64,000 bases of DNA from Escherichia coli (GTDB taxonomy: Bacteria; Pseudomonadota; Gammaproteobacteria; Enterobacterales; Enterobacteriaceae): the NCBI RefSeq assembly GCF_003334785.1, contig NZ_QOWV01000002.1; one strand, written 5' to 3'. The notes beneath the pieces are model-generated. The model saw only the letters and a list, made by a program, of their open reading frames with translations, was not told where the DNA came from and searched no databases. Of the stretch, positions 41,895-50,908 are shown in pieces. The position numbers and the translations under genes were made by a program. The first letter of the stretch is position 1. Every line of letters starts with the position of its first letter.

Positions 41895-42929
41895 TCAGCC
41901 GTTGTCTGTGTCCAGTGAGTAGTTTTTAAAGCGGATGACCTCCTGACCGAGCCAGCCGTTTATTTCCCGAATCCTGTCCTGTAACGGGATAAGCTCATTG
42001 CGGACAAAGACCTTTGCCACTTTCTCAATATCACCCAGCGACCCGACGTTCTCCGGCTTGCCGCCCATCAACTGAAAGGGGATGCGGTGCGCGTCCAGCA
42101 GGTCAGCGGCGCTGGCTTTTTTGATATTAAAAAAATCGTCCTTCGTTGCCACTTCACTGAGCGGGATAATTTTAATGCCGTCAGCTTTCCCCTGCGGGGC
42201 ATAGAGAAACAGATTTTTAAAGTTGTTGCGGCCTTTTGACTTCACCATGTTTTCGCGAAGCATTTCGATATCGTTGCGATCCTGCACGGCATCGGTGACG
42301 TACATGATATATCCGGCATGAGCGCCGTTTTCGTAATACTTGCGGCGGAACAGCGTGGCCGACTCATTCAGCCAGGCAGAATTAAGGGCGCTGAGATATT
42401 CCGGCAGGCCGTACAGCTCCTGATTAATATCCGGCTCCAGCAGGTGAAACACGGAGCCGGGCGCGAAGGCTGTCGGCTCGTTGAAGGACGGCACCCACCA
42501 GTAAACATCCTCCTCCACACCACGGCGGGTATATTTTGCCGGTGAGGTTTCCAGTCTGATGACCTTACCGGTGGTGCTGTAACGCTTTTCCAGAAACGCA
42601 TTACCGAACACCAGAAAATCCAGCACAAAGCGGCTGAAATCCTGCTGGGAAAGCCACGGGTGCGGAATAAACGTTGAAGCCAGAATATTACGTTTGACGT
42701 AAATCGGTGAGCTGTGATGCACGGCAGCACGCAGGCTTTTTGCCAGACCGGTAAAGCTGACCGGTGGCTCATACCATCTGCCGTTACTGATGCACTCGAC
42801 GTAATCCAGAATGTCACGGCGGTCGAGTACCGGCACCGGCTCACCAAAGGTGAATGCCTCCATTTTTGGGGCACTGGCAGTCATTTTTTTTGCCGCAGGT
42901 TGCGGTGTTTTCCCTTTTTTCTTGCTCAT
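41895..42929 (-). CDS. Q: portal protein (P2 gpQ)
   Basis: 344-aa ORF at the gpQ position. Confidence 0.85.
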   Translation of the reverse strand: MSKKKGKTPQPAAKKMTASAPKMEAFTFGEPVPVLDRRDILDYVECISNGRWYEPPVSFTGLAKSLRAAVHHSSPIYVKRNILASTFIPHPWLSQQDFSRFVLDFLVFGNAFLEKRYSTTGKVIRLETSPAKYTRRGVEEDVYWWVPSFNEPTAFAPGSVFHLLEPDINQELYGLPEYLSALNSAWLNESATLFRRKYYENGAHAGYIMYVTDAVQDRNDIEMLRENMVKSKGRNNFKNLFLYAPQGKADGIKIIPLSEVATKDDFFNIKKASAADLLDAHRIPFQLMGGKPENVGSLGDIEKVAKVFVRNELIPLQDRIREINGWLGQEVIRFKNYSLDTDNG

Positions 42930-44701
42930 CAGTAAAACTCCAGAATGGTGGATGTCAGCGGGGTGCTGATACCGGCGGTGAGTGGCTCATTTAACAGGGC
43001 GTGCATGGTCGCCCAGGCGAGGTCGGCGTGGCTGGCTTCCTCGCTGCGGCTGGCCTCATAGGTGGCGCTGCGTCCGCTGCTGGTCATGGTCTTGCGGATA
43101 GCCATAAACGAGCTGGTGATGTCGGTGGCGCTGACGTCATATTCCAGACAGCCACGACGGATAACGTCTTTTGCCTTGAGCACCATTGCGGTTTTCATTT
43201 CCGGTGTGTAGCGGATATCGCGCGCGGCGGGATAGAACGAGCGCACGAGCTGGAACACGCCGACACCGAGGCCGGTGGCATCAATACCGATGTATTCGAC
43301 GTTGTATTTTTCGGTGAGTTTGCGGATGGATTCAGCCTGGGTGGCAAAGTCCATGCCTTTCCACTGGTGACGCTCAAGTATTCTGAATTTGCCACCGGCC
43401 ACCACCGGCGGTGCCAGCACCACGCATCCGGCGCTGTCGCCACGGTGTGACGGGTCGTAACCAATCCATACCGGGCGGGAGCCGAACGGATTGGCGGCAA
43501 ACGGCGCATAGTCTTCCCATTCTTCCAGCGTGTCGACCATGCAGCGTTGCAGCTCCTCGAACGGGAACACCGACGCCTTGTCGTCCACAAATTCACACAT
43601 GAACAGGTTTTTAAAATCGTCGGCGCTGTTTTCACGTTTGAGCTGCTCAATGTCGAACAGCGTGCAGCCGCCTTTCAGGGCATCCTCAATGGTGACAATC
43701 TGCCGCCACTGGCCGTCCGCACAGAGAAGCCCACCGGCAAGGGCGTTATGACTGACGTCGATTTCCACGCGTTCAGCGGCGCTGGCGCGTCCCCGGTTAA
43801 ACAGTTCACCCGACCAGAACGGGTAGGCGTCGTGCGCCAGCGTGGACGGGGTGGAGAAATAGGTCGAGCGCAGGTGACTCTGTGAGGCCATACCTGATGC
43901 CACCTTACGCAGTACCTGAAAATTCGGGATCCAGAAAATCTCATCGACGTACAGGTCGCCGTTATGGCTCTGTGCGGTGTTGGAGTTGGTGCCGAGAAAA
44001 ATCAGTTTTGCACCGTTATTGCCCAGGACAATCGGGTCACCGGTCAGGTCAACGTCAACCAGCCGGGCAAAGGCGATGATGTATTCGCGGAACACATACG
44101 CCTGCGTTTTACTGGCCGACAGAAAAATCTGGTTATGACCGGTTTTCAGGGCGCGCAGCAGCGCCTCGCGGGAAAAATAAAACGTCGCGCCAATCTGGCG
44201 GGATTTCAGGATATCGCGGATGCGGTGCTCAAGCCCGGCGCGATACCAGTGCAACTGATATTCGAAAGACTGCTCAAAGAAAATCTGCTCCAGCTTTTCG
44301 ATGGCCTCGTCACTGAAAAAATTCTTTTTCGGTTTGCGGCGTTCGCCTTTGTTGCGGTTAGCGACGTTCGGATTAAGGTCTGCCTCGTTGCCGGTCTGGC
44401 TGTAACGGTTGACCCGTGCCAGTCGTTCAATCTGGCGTCCCAGCAGGTCAATTTCCTTGAAGTCCCCGCCGGTTTTCTGCGGTTTGATGATGAGCTGGGT
44501 CAGCCGCGCTTCCAGACTCATTTCGACACGGCTGATGGGAGCAACGCTGTCCCAGCCGTCGCGCTGTTTCCAGCTCTGCACCGTCGGGCGTTTCATCTGC
44601 AACATGGCGGCAATCTGCGGCACGGAAAACCCCTGCCAGTACAGCAGCGCCGCCTGACGACGCGGGTCGTGTAAAAGAGTGGTGTCTGTGGTGATGGTCA
44701 T
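42929..44701 (-). CDS. P: terminase large (ATPase) subunit (P2 gpP)
   Basis: MTITTDTTLLHDPRRQAALLYWQGFSVPQIAAML..., ~590 aa. Confidence 0.85.
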   Translation of the reverse strand: MTITTDTTLLHDPRRQAALLYWQGFSVPQIAAMLQMKRPTVQSWKQRDGWDSVAPISRVEMSLEARLTQLIIKPQKTGGDFKEIDLLGRQIERLARVNRYSQTGNEADLNPNVANRNKGERRKPKKNFFSDEAIEKLEQIFFEQSFEYQLHWYRAGLEHRIRDILKSRQIGATFYFSREALLRALKTGHNQIFLSASKTQAYVFREYIIAFARLVDVDLTGDPIVLGNNGAKLIFLGTNSNTAQSHNGDLYVDEIFWIPNFQVLRKVASGMASQSHLRSTYFSTPSTLAHDAYPFWSGELFNRGRASAAERVEIDVSHNALAGGLLCADGQWRQIVTIEDALKGGCTLFDIEQLKRENSADDFKNLFMCEFVDDKASVFPFEELQRCMVDTLEEWEDYAPFAANPFGSRPVWIGYDPSHRGDSAGCVVLAPPVVAGGKFRILERHQWKGMDFATQAESIRKLTEKYNVEYIGIDATGLGVGVFQLVRSFYPAARDIRYTPEMKTAMVLKAKDVIRRGCLEYDVSATDITSSFMAIRKTMTSSGRSATYEASRSEEASHADLAWATMHALLNEPLTAGISTPLTSTILEFY

Positions 44702-44874
44702 GAATACCTCGCCGTGATGAATACACGGCAAGGCTACTGAGTCGCGCCCCGCGATTCGCTAAGGTGCTGTTGTGTCAGTGATAAGCCATCCGGGACTGAT
44801 GGCGGAGGATGCGCATCGTCGGGAAACTGATGCCGACATGTGACTCCTCTAATCACTATTCAGGACTCCTGACA

Positions 44875-45729
44875 ATGGCAAAAAAAGTCTCAAAATTCTT
44901 TCGTATCGGCGTTGAGGGTGACACCTGTGACGGGCGTGTCATCAGTGCGCAGGATATTCAGGAAATGGCCGAAACCTTTGACCCGCGAGTCTATGGTTGC
45001 CGCATTAACCTGGAACATCTGCGCGGCATCCTGCCTGACGGTATTTTTAAGCGTTATGGCGATGTGGTCGAACTGAAGGCCGAAAAGATTGACGATGATT
45101 CGGTGCTGAAAGGCAAATGGGCGCTGTTTGCGAAAATCACCCCGACCGATGACCTTATCGCGATGAACAAGGCCGCGCAGAAGGTCTACACCTCAATGGA
45201 AATTCAGCCGAACTTTGCCAATACCGGCAAATGTTATCTGGTGGGTCTGGCCGTCACCGATGACCCGGCAAGCCTCGGCACGGAATACCTGGAATTCTGC
45301 CGCACGGCAAAACACAACCCTCTGAACCGCTTCAAATTAAGCCCTGAAAACCTGATTTCAGTGGCAACGCCTGTTGAGCTGGAATTTGAAGACCTGCCTG
45401 AAACCGTGTTCACCGCCCTGACCGAAAAGGTGAAGTCCATTTTTGGCCGCAAACAGGCCAGCGATGACGCCCGTCTGAATGACGTGCATGAAGCGGTGAC
45501 CGCTGTTGCTGAACATGTGCAGGAAAAACTGAGCGCCACTGAGCAGCGCCTCGCTGAGATGGAAACCGCTTTTTCCGCACTTAAGCAGGATGTGACTGAC
45601 AGGGCGGATGAAACCAGCCAGGCATTCACCCGCCTGAAAAACAGTCTCGACCACACCGAAAGTCTGACCCAGCAGCGCCGCAGCAAGGCCACCGGTGGTG
45701 GCGGTGACGCCCTGATGACGAACTGCTGA
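44875..45729 (+). CDS. O: capsid scaffolding protein (P2 gpO)
   Basis: MAKKVSKFFRIGVEGDTCDGRVISAQDIQEMAETFDPRVYG..., 284 aa, divergent from Q-P. Confidence 0.85.
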   Translation: MAKKVSKFFRIGVEGDTCDGRVISAQDIQEMAETFDPRVYGCRINLEHLRGILPDGIFKRYGDVVELKAEKIDDDSVLKGKWALFAKITPTDDLIAMNKAAQKVYTSMEIQPNFANTGKCYLVGLAVTDDPASLGTEYLEFCRTAKHNPLNRFKLSPENLISVATPVELEFEDLPETVFTALTEKVKSIFGRKQASDDARLNDVHEAVTAVAEHVQEKLSATEQRLAEMETAFSALKQDVTDRADETSQAFTRLKNSLDHTESLTQQRRSKATGGGGDALMTNC

Positions 45730-45787
45730 CCGGCGTCAGTCAGTCCGGGAAAACCTTCACGATTAACCCTTAATTTCAGGAAAAACT

Positions 45788-46861
45788 ATGCGCCAGGAAA
45801 CCCGCTTTAAATTTAATGCCTACCTGTCCCGTGTTGCCGAACTGAACGGCATCGACGCCGGTGATGTGTCGAAAAAATTCACCGTTGAACCGTCGGTCAC
45901 CCAGACCCTGATGAACACCATGCAGGAGTCCTCTGACTTTCTGACCCGCATCAACATTGTGCCGGTCAGCGAAATGAAAGGGGAAAAAATTGGCATCGGT
46001 GTCACCGGCTCCATCGCCAGCACCACCGACACCGCCGGTGGCACCGAGCGTCAGCCGAAGGACTTCTCGAAGCTGGCGTCAAACAAGTACGAATGCGACC
46101 AGATTAACTTCGATTTTTATATCCGCTACAAAACGCTGGACCTGTGGGCGCGTTATCAGGATTTCCAGCTCCGTGTCCGTAACGCCATTATCAAACGCCA
46201 GTCCCTTGATTTAATCATGGCCGGTTTTAACGGCGTGAGGCGTGCCGAAACCTCTGACCGCAGCAGCAATCCGATGCTGCAGGATGTGGCGGTCGGCTGG
46301 CTGCAGAAATACCGCAATGAAGCCCCGGCGCGCGTGATGAGCAAGGTCACTGACGAGGAAGGGCACACCACCTCTGAGGTTATCCGCGTGGGTAAGGGCG
46401 GTGATTATGCCAGCCTTGACGCACTGGTGATGGATGCGACCAACAACCTGATTGAGCCGTGGTATCAGGAAGACCCTGACCTTGTGGTGATTGTGGGACG
46501 TCAGCTACTGGCGGACAAGTATTTTCCCATCGTCAACAAGGAGCAGGACAACAGCGAAATGCTGGCCGCTGACGTCATCATCAGCCAGAAACGCATCGGT
46601 AACCTGCCGGCGGTACGCGTCCCGTACTTCCCGGCGGATGCGATGCTCATCACAAAGCTGGAAAACCTGTCCATCTACTACATGGATGACAGCCATCGCC
46701 GCGTGATTGAGGAAAACCCGAAACTCGACCGCGTGGAGAACTACGAGTCAATGAACATTGATTACGTGGTGGAAGACTACGCCGCCGGTTGTCTGGTGGA
46801 AAAAATTAAGGTCGGTGATTTCTCCACACTGGCTAAAGCGACCGCAGAGCCGGGAGCGTAA
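45788..46861 (+). CDS. N: major capsid protein (P2 gpN)
   Basis: 357-aa ORF following O. Confidence 0.85.
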   Translation: MRQETRFKFNAYLSRVAELNGIDAGDVSKKFTVEPSVTQTLMNTMQESSDFLTRINIVPVSEMKGEKIGIGVTGSIASTTDTAGGTERQPKDFSKLASNKYECDQINFDFYIRYKTLDLWARYQDFQLRVRNAIIKRQSLDLIMAGFNGVRRAETSDRSSNPMLQDVAVGWLQKYRNEAPARVMSKVTDEEGHTTSEVIRVGKGGDYASLDALVMDATNNLIEPWYQEDPDLVVIVGRQLLADKYFPIVNKEQDNSEMLAADVIISQKRIGNLPAVRVPYFPADAMLITKLENLSIYYMDDSHRRVIEENPKLDRVENYESMNIDYVVEDYAAGCLVEKIKVGDFSTLAKATAEPGA

Positions 46862-46864
46862 CCG

Positions 46865-47608
46865 ATGACGAGTCCCGCACAGCGCCACATGATGCGGGTC
46901 TCGGCAGCGATGACCGCGCAGCGGGAAGCCGCCCCGCTGCGACATGCAACTGTCTATGAGCAGATGCTGGTTAAGCTCGCCGCAGACCAGCGCACACTGA
47001 AAGCGATTTATTCAAAAGAGCTGAAGGCCGCGAAAAAACGCGAACTGCTGCCGTTCTGGTTGCCGTGGGTGAACGGCGTGCTGGAGCAGGGCAAAGGTGC
47101 ACAGGATGACATTCTGATGACGGTCATGCTGTGGCGTCTGGATACCGGCGATATTGCCGGTGCGCTGGAGATTGCCCGTTATGCCCTGAAATACGGTCTG
47201 ACCATGCCGGGTAAACACCGCCGCACCCCGCCGTACATGTTCACCGAGGAGGTGGCACTTGCGGCCATGCGCGCCCACGCTGCCGGTGAGTCTGTGGATC
47301 CCCGCCTGCTGACGGACACCCTCGAACTGACCGCCACGGCTGACATGCCTGATGAAGTGCGCGCAAAGCTGCACAAAATCACCGGTCTGTTTCTGCGTGA
47401 CGCTGGTGATGCCGCCGGTGCGCTGGCTCACCTGCAGCGTGCGACACAGCTCGACTGTCAGGCAGGCGTCAAAAAAGAGATTGAACGACTGGAGCGGGAG
47501 CTGAAACCGAAGCCGGAGCCGCAACCAAAAGCGGCCACCCGCGCCCCGCGTAAGACCCGGAGCGTGACACCGGCAAAACGTGGACGCCCGAAAAAGAAAG
47601 CCAGTTAA
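46865..47608 (+). CDS. M: terminase small/endonuclease subunit (P2 gpM)
   Basis: 247-aa ORF with very basic C-terminal tail (KPKPEPQPKAATRAPRKTRSVTPAKRGRPKKKAS). Confidence 0.8.
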   Translation: MTSPAQRHMMRVSAAMTAQREAAPLRHATVYEQMLVKLAADQRTLKAIYSKELKAAKKRELLPFWLPWVNGVLEQGKGAQDDILMTVMLWRLDTGDIAGALEIARYALKYGLTMPGKHRRTPPYMFTEEVALAAMRAHAAGESVDPRLLTDTLELTATADMPDEVRAKLHKITGLFLRDAGDAAGALAHLQRATQLDCQAGVKKEIERLERELKPKPEPQPKAATRAPRKTRSVTPAKRGRPKKKAS

Positions 47609-47647
47609 CAACCGAATGCGCCCCGCGCCAGGGCGGCACGCCGGTCA

Positions 47648-48076
47648 GTGAGGGTGACCGGACTTATTGAATCGCTGTCACCGTCAGGGCGTCGGCGACT
47701 GAGCGCCGAACTGGCGAAACGTCTGCGGCAGAGTCAGCAGCGCCGGGTGATGGCACAGAAAGCCCCGGACGGCACACCCTACGCACCACGCCAGCAGCAG
47801 AGCGCCAGAAAAAAGACCGATCGCGTTAAGCGAAAAATGTTTGCGAAACTTATCACCAGTCGTTTTTTGCATATCCGCGCCAGCCCGGAACAGGCATCAA
47901 TGGAGTTTTTCGGCGGGAAGTCACCGAAAATCGCCAGCGTGCATCAGTTCGGTCTGTCGGAAGAAACCCGGAAAGACGGTAAGAAAATTGATTATCCGGC
48001 GCGTCCTCTGCTCGGCTTTACCGGTGAGGATGTGCAGATGATTGAAGAGATTATCCTGGCTCACCTTGAGCGTTAG
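47648..48076 (+). CDS. late morphogenesis protein; by position gpL (head completion), but the C-terminal HQFG...PARP motif resembles the gpS/virion-morphogenesis family
   Basis: 142-aa ORF starting at GTG 47648 with no ATG in frame upstream; identity as L versus S cannot be settled without a search. Confidence 0.55.
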   Translation: MRVTGLIESLSPSGRRRLSAELAKRLRQSQQRRVMAQKAPDGTPYAPRQQQSARKKTDRVKRKMFAKLITSRFLHIRASPEQASMEFFGGKSPKIASVHQFGLSEETRKDGKKIDYPARPLLGFTGEDVQMIEEIILAHLER

Positions 48077-48106
48077 TTTTATCCAGGCAGAGGCTGATGC
48101 GCAATT

Positions 48107-48140
48107 AAACATTGAGCGCCGTGCTGGTCGCTCAATGTTT
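48107..48140. other. perfect 12-bp inverted repeat (hairpin) at the junction between GC-rich late genes and the AT-rich cargo
   Basis: AAACATTGAGCG - 10 nt - CGCTCAATGTTT; no adjacent T-tract on either strand. Confidence 0.5.
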
Positions 48141-48146
48141 AGAGGT

Positions 48147-48932
48147 TTATGAGTGGTTTTTATTTGATGCTTTGTATTCTAAAACCTTCTTATTGGCGTA
48201 AAAGAATTTTGTATATGACAGGAATATAAGCAGACCTGAAATGAAATAGATTAGGGATATTATTAATAATGTTTTTCTGTGGCTGTTATTATCTTTAATC
48301 TCCTGACTTAACCATTCGGAGTCCTCCTCGTTTAGCTGTAAGAGCTTATTGCAGGCGATCTCAGGAAGTGTGTCTTTTATAAATACGTTTTGCAGACTCT
48401 TGCAATCGGCAAGGCTATAAGTTTTATTAAATTCAACTGTTTTATTTTTGAAGGATAAAAGAACTTTGTCACTATAAACATAGTACATCATATTTTTATA
48501 TGGTATACCTATGGCATCCCTTACTATAGCGGATTGTTCATTGTGTATGTAACATGCGAAGATAATATAAAGAATTCCGGCCAGGACTGCACTCATTGTT
48601 TTTGTGATGCATGGCGGTTCTGTTATGTCTCCCCAGAAGCGAGTAAGGAAAAAATCCGATGTTTTTAGTTTTCCATCAATCAGCCCCTGCTGTATCATTC
48701 TCACATCTTCGATGCCTGATACATTGATTCCGTTAAGTGTTTTAAATAGTTGAATATCGCGCCACTCGCGGTCCAGTCTTTTTAATTTTTTGTCTGAATA
48801 TCCAAATTTGAAATAATGTGCAATAAGCCTCATAAGGTTACTTTTACCAAAGCTAAAAAATGCTAATACTGCAAAGACCAAAAGATACAAAACGATTAGC
48901 TCCCACACATTAGTCACATTATAGCTGACCAT
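48147..48932 (-). CDS. hypothetical membrane protein (261 aa, 3 predicted transmembrane helices), foreign AT-rich cargo of unknown function
   Basis: ORF with strong Shine-Dalgarno (AAGGAGAG 7 nt before ATG); hydrophobic segments WELIVLYLLVFAVLAFFSF, MSAVLAGILYIIFACYI, KTLLIISLIYFISGLLIFLSY; AT-rich codon usage unlike the flanking phage genes. Confidence 0.6.
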   Translation of the reverse strand: MVSYNVTNVWELIVLYLLVFAVLAFFSFGKSNLMRLIAHYFKFGYSDKKLKRLDREWRDIQLFKTLNGINVSGIEDVRMIQQGLIDGKLKTSDFFLTRFWGDITEPPCITKTMSAVLAGILYIIFACYIHNEQSAIVRDAIGIPYKNMMYYVYSDKVLLSFKNKTVEFNKTYSLADCKSLQNVFIKDTLPEIACNKLLQLNEEDSEWLSQEIKDNNSHRKTLLIISLIYFISGLLIFLSYTKFFYANKKVLEYKASNKNHS

Positions 48933-49015
48933 TACGCTCTCCTTGAATGTTGTCTGGTGGTTCTACAAATGAATCCAGATAGCATAACTTTTATATATTG
49001 TGCAATCTCACATGC

Positions 49016-49651
49016 ATGAACACTCTCGCAAATATTCAGGAACTCGCGCGCGCACTGCGCAACATGATCCGCACCGGCATTATCGTTGAAACCGACCTTA
49101 ACGCCGGTCGCTGCCGTGTGCAGACCGGCGGCATGTGCACCGACTGGCTTCAGTGGCTGACCCATCGCGCCGGACGTTCGCGCACATGGTGGGCACCTTC
49201 CGTGGGGGAACAGGTGCTGATTCTGGCCGTGGGCGGTGAACTCGACACGGCGTTCGTTCTGCCGGGGATTTATTCCGGCGATAACCCTGCGCCGTCTGCG
49301 TCGGCTGATGCCCTGCATATCCGTTTCCCTGACGGGGCGGTGATTGAGTATGAGCCCGAAACCAGTGCACTCACGGTAAGCGGAATTAAAACGGCCAGCG
49401 TGACGGCTTCTGATTCTGTTACTGCCACGGTGCCGGTGGTCACGGTGAAAGCATCAACCCGCGTCACCCTGGACACACCAGAGGTGGTCTGCACCAACAG
49501 GCTGATTACCGGCACGCTGGAAGTGCAGAAGGGCGGGACGATGCGCGGCAACATTGAACACACCGGCGGTGAACTCTCATCAAACGGTAAGGTACTGCAT
49601 ACCCATAAACACCCCGGCGACAGCGGCGGCACAACCGGGAGTCCTCTATGA
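49016..49651 (+). CDS. V: baseplate spike/assembly protein (P2 gpV)
   Basis: MNTLANIQELARALRNMIRTGIIVETDLNAGRCRVQTGG..., 211 aa. Confidence 0.85.
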   Translation: MNTLANIQELARALRNMIRTGIIVETDLNAGRCRVQTGGMCTDWLQWLTHRAGRSRTWWAPSVGEQVLILAVGGELDTAFVLPGIYSGDNPAPSASADALHIRFPDGAVIEYEPETSALTVSGIKTASVTASDSVTATVPVVTVKASTRVTLDTPEVVCTNRLITGTLEVQKGGTMRGNIEHTGGELSSNGKVLHTHKHPGDSGGTTGSPL

Positions 49652-49995
49652 CAGCGCGTTATCTCGGAATGAATCGCAGTGATGGCCTGACTGTCACTGA
49701 CCTTGAGCATATCAGCCAGAGTATCGGCGATATCCTGCGCACACCGGTCGGCTCACGGGTGATGCGTCGTGATTACGGCTCGTTGCTGGCGTCAATGATT
49801 GACCAGCCGCAGACTCCGGCGCTTGAGTTGCAGATTAAGGTCGCCTGTTACATGGCAGTGCTGAAATGGGAACCCCGCGTCACCCTGTCATCCGTCACCA
49901 CGGCGCGCAGTTTTGACGGGCGAATGACGGTCACGTTAACCGGTCAGCACAACGACACCGGCCAGCCACTTTCGTTAACCATCCCTGTGAGTTGA
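49648..49995 (+). CDS. W: baseplate wedge protein (P2 gpW, GPW/gp25 family)
   Basis: 115 aa, overlaps the V stop. Confidence 0.85.
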   Translation: MTARYLGMNRSDGLTVTDLEHISQSIGDILRTPVGSRVMRRDYGSLLASMIDQPQTPALELQIKVACYMAVLKWEPRVTLSSVTTARSFDGRMTVTLTGQHNDTGQPLSLTIPVS

Positions 49996-49999
49996 AACC

Positions 50000-50908
50000 A
50001 TGCCGATTATCGACCTGAACCAGCTACCCGCACCGGATGTGGTCGAGGAGCTGGACTTTGAAACCATTCTTGCCGAACGCAAGGCGACACTGATTTCCCT
50101 TTACCCGGAAGACCAGCAGGAGGCGGTCGCCCGTACCCTGACGCTGGAATCCGAACCTCTCGTCAAACTGCTGGAGGAAAATGCTTATCGTGAGCTTATC
50201 TGGCGTCAGCGTGTGAATGAGGCCGCACGGGCGGTAATGCTGGCCTGTGCCGCCGGTAATGACCTTGATGTGATTGGTGCCAATTACAACACCACGCGCC
50301 TGATTATCACCCCGGCAGATGATTCGACCCTCCCGCCGACACCGGCAGTGATGGAATCTGACACCGATTATCGTCTGCGTATTCAGCAGGCGTTTGAGGG
50401 CTTAAGCGTCGCCGGGTCGGTGGGTGCCTATCAGTATCATGGTCGCAGTGCCGACGGGCGTGTCGCAGATATCTCTGTCACCAGTCCGTCTCCGGCCTGC
50501 GTCACTATCTCCGTGCTGTCACGTGAAAATAACGGTGTGGCATCCGAAGACCTGCTGGCGGTGGTGCGTAACGCCCTTAATGGCGAGGACGTCAGGCCGG
50601 TGGCCGACCGCGTGACCGTGCAGTCTGCCGCCATTGTTGAATACCAGATAAACGCCACGCTTTACCTTTACCCTGGTCCCGAAAGCGAACCCATCCGCGC
50701 CGCCGCCGTGAAAAAACTGGAAGCGTATATCACGGCACAGCACCGGCTGGGGCGTGACATCCGTCTGTCTGCCATTTATGCCGCTTTGCATGTGGAAGGC
50801 GTGCAGCGTGTCGAGCTGGCCGCACCACTGGCCGACATTGTGCTCAACAGTACGCAGGCGTCTTTCTGCACCGAATACAGCGTCGTGACCGGAGGCTCGG
50901 ATGAGTGA
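50000..50908 (+). CDS. J: baseplate protein (P2 gpJ)
   Basis: 302-aa ORF after W. Confidence 0.85.
   Translation: MPIIDLNQLPAPDVVEELDFETILAERKATLISLYPEDQQEAVARTLTLESEPLVKLLEENAYRELIWRQRVNEAARAVMLACAAGNDLDVIGANYNTTRLIITPADDSTLPPTPAVMESDTDYRLRIQQAFEGLSVAGSVGAYQYHGRSADGRVADISVTSPSPACVTISVLSRENNGVASEDLLAVVRNALNGEDVRPVADRVTVQSAAIVEYQINATLYLYPGPESEPIRAAAVKKLEAYITAQHRLGRDIRLSAIYAALHVEGVQRVELAAPLADIVLNSTQASFCTEYSVVTGGSDE

Noticed and set aside
42318-44674. Long alternative-frame ORFs within the portal and terminase genes (for example 43964-44674, 236 aa, plus strand)
   Set aside because: Antisense to the large-terminase ORF in GC-rich DNA where long spurious ORFs are common; composition (Arg/Ala/Gly-rich, low complexity) is typical of non-coding frames
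48932-49318. 128-aa minus-strand ORF overlapping the start of gene V
   Set aside because: Antisense to the baseplate V gene; the cargo ORF 48147-48932 with its strong Shine-Dalgarno is the real minus-strand gene here
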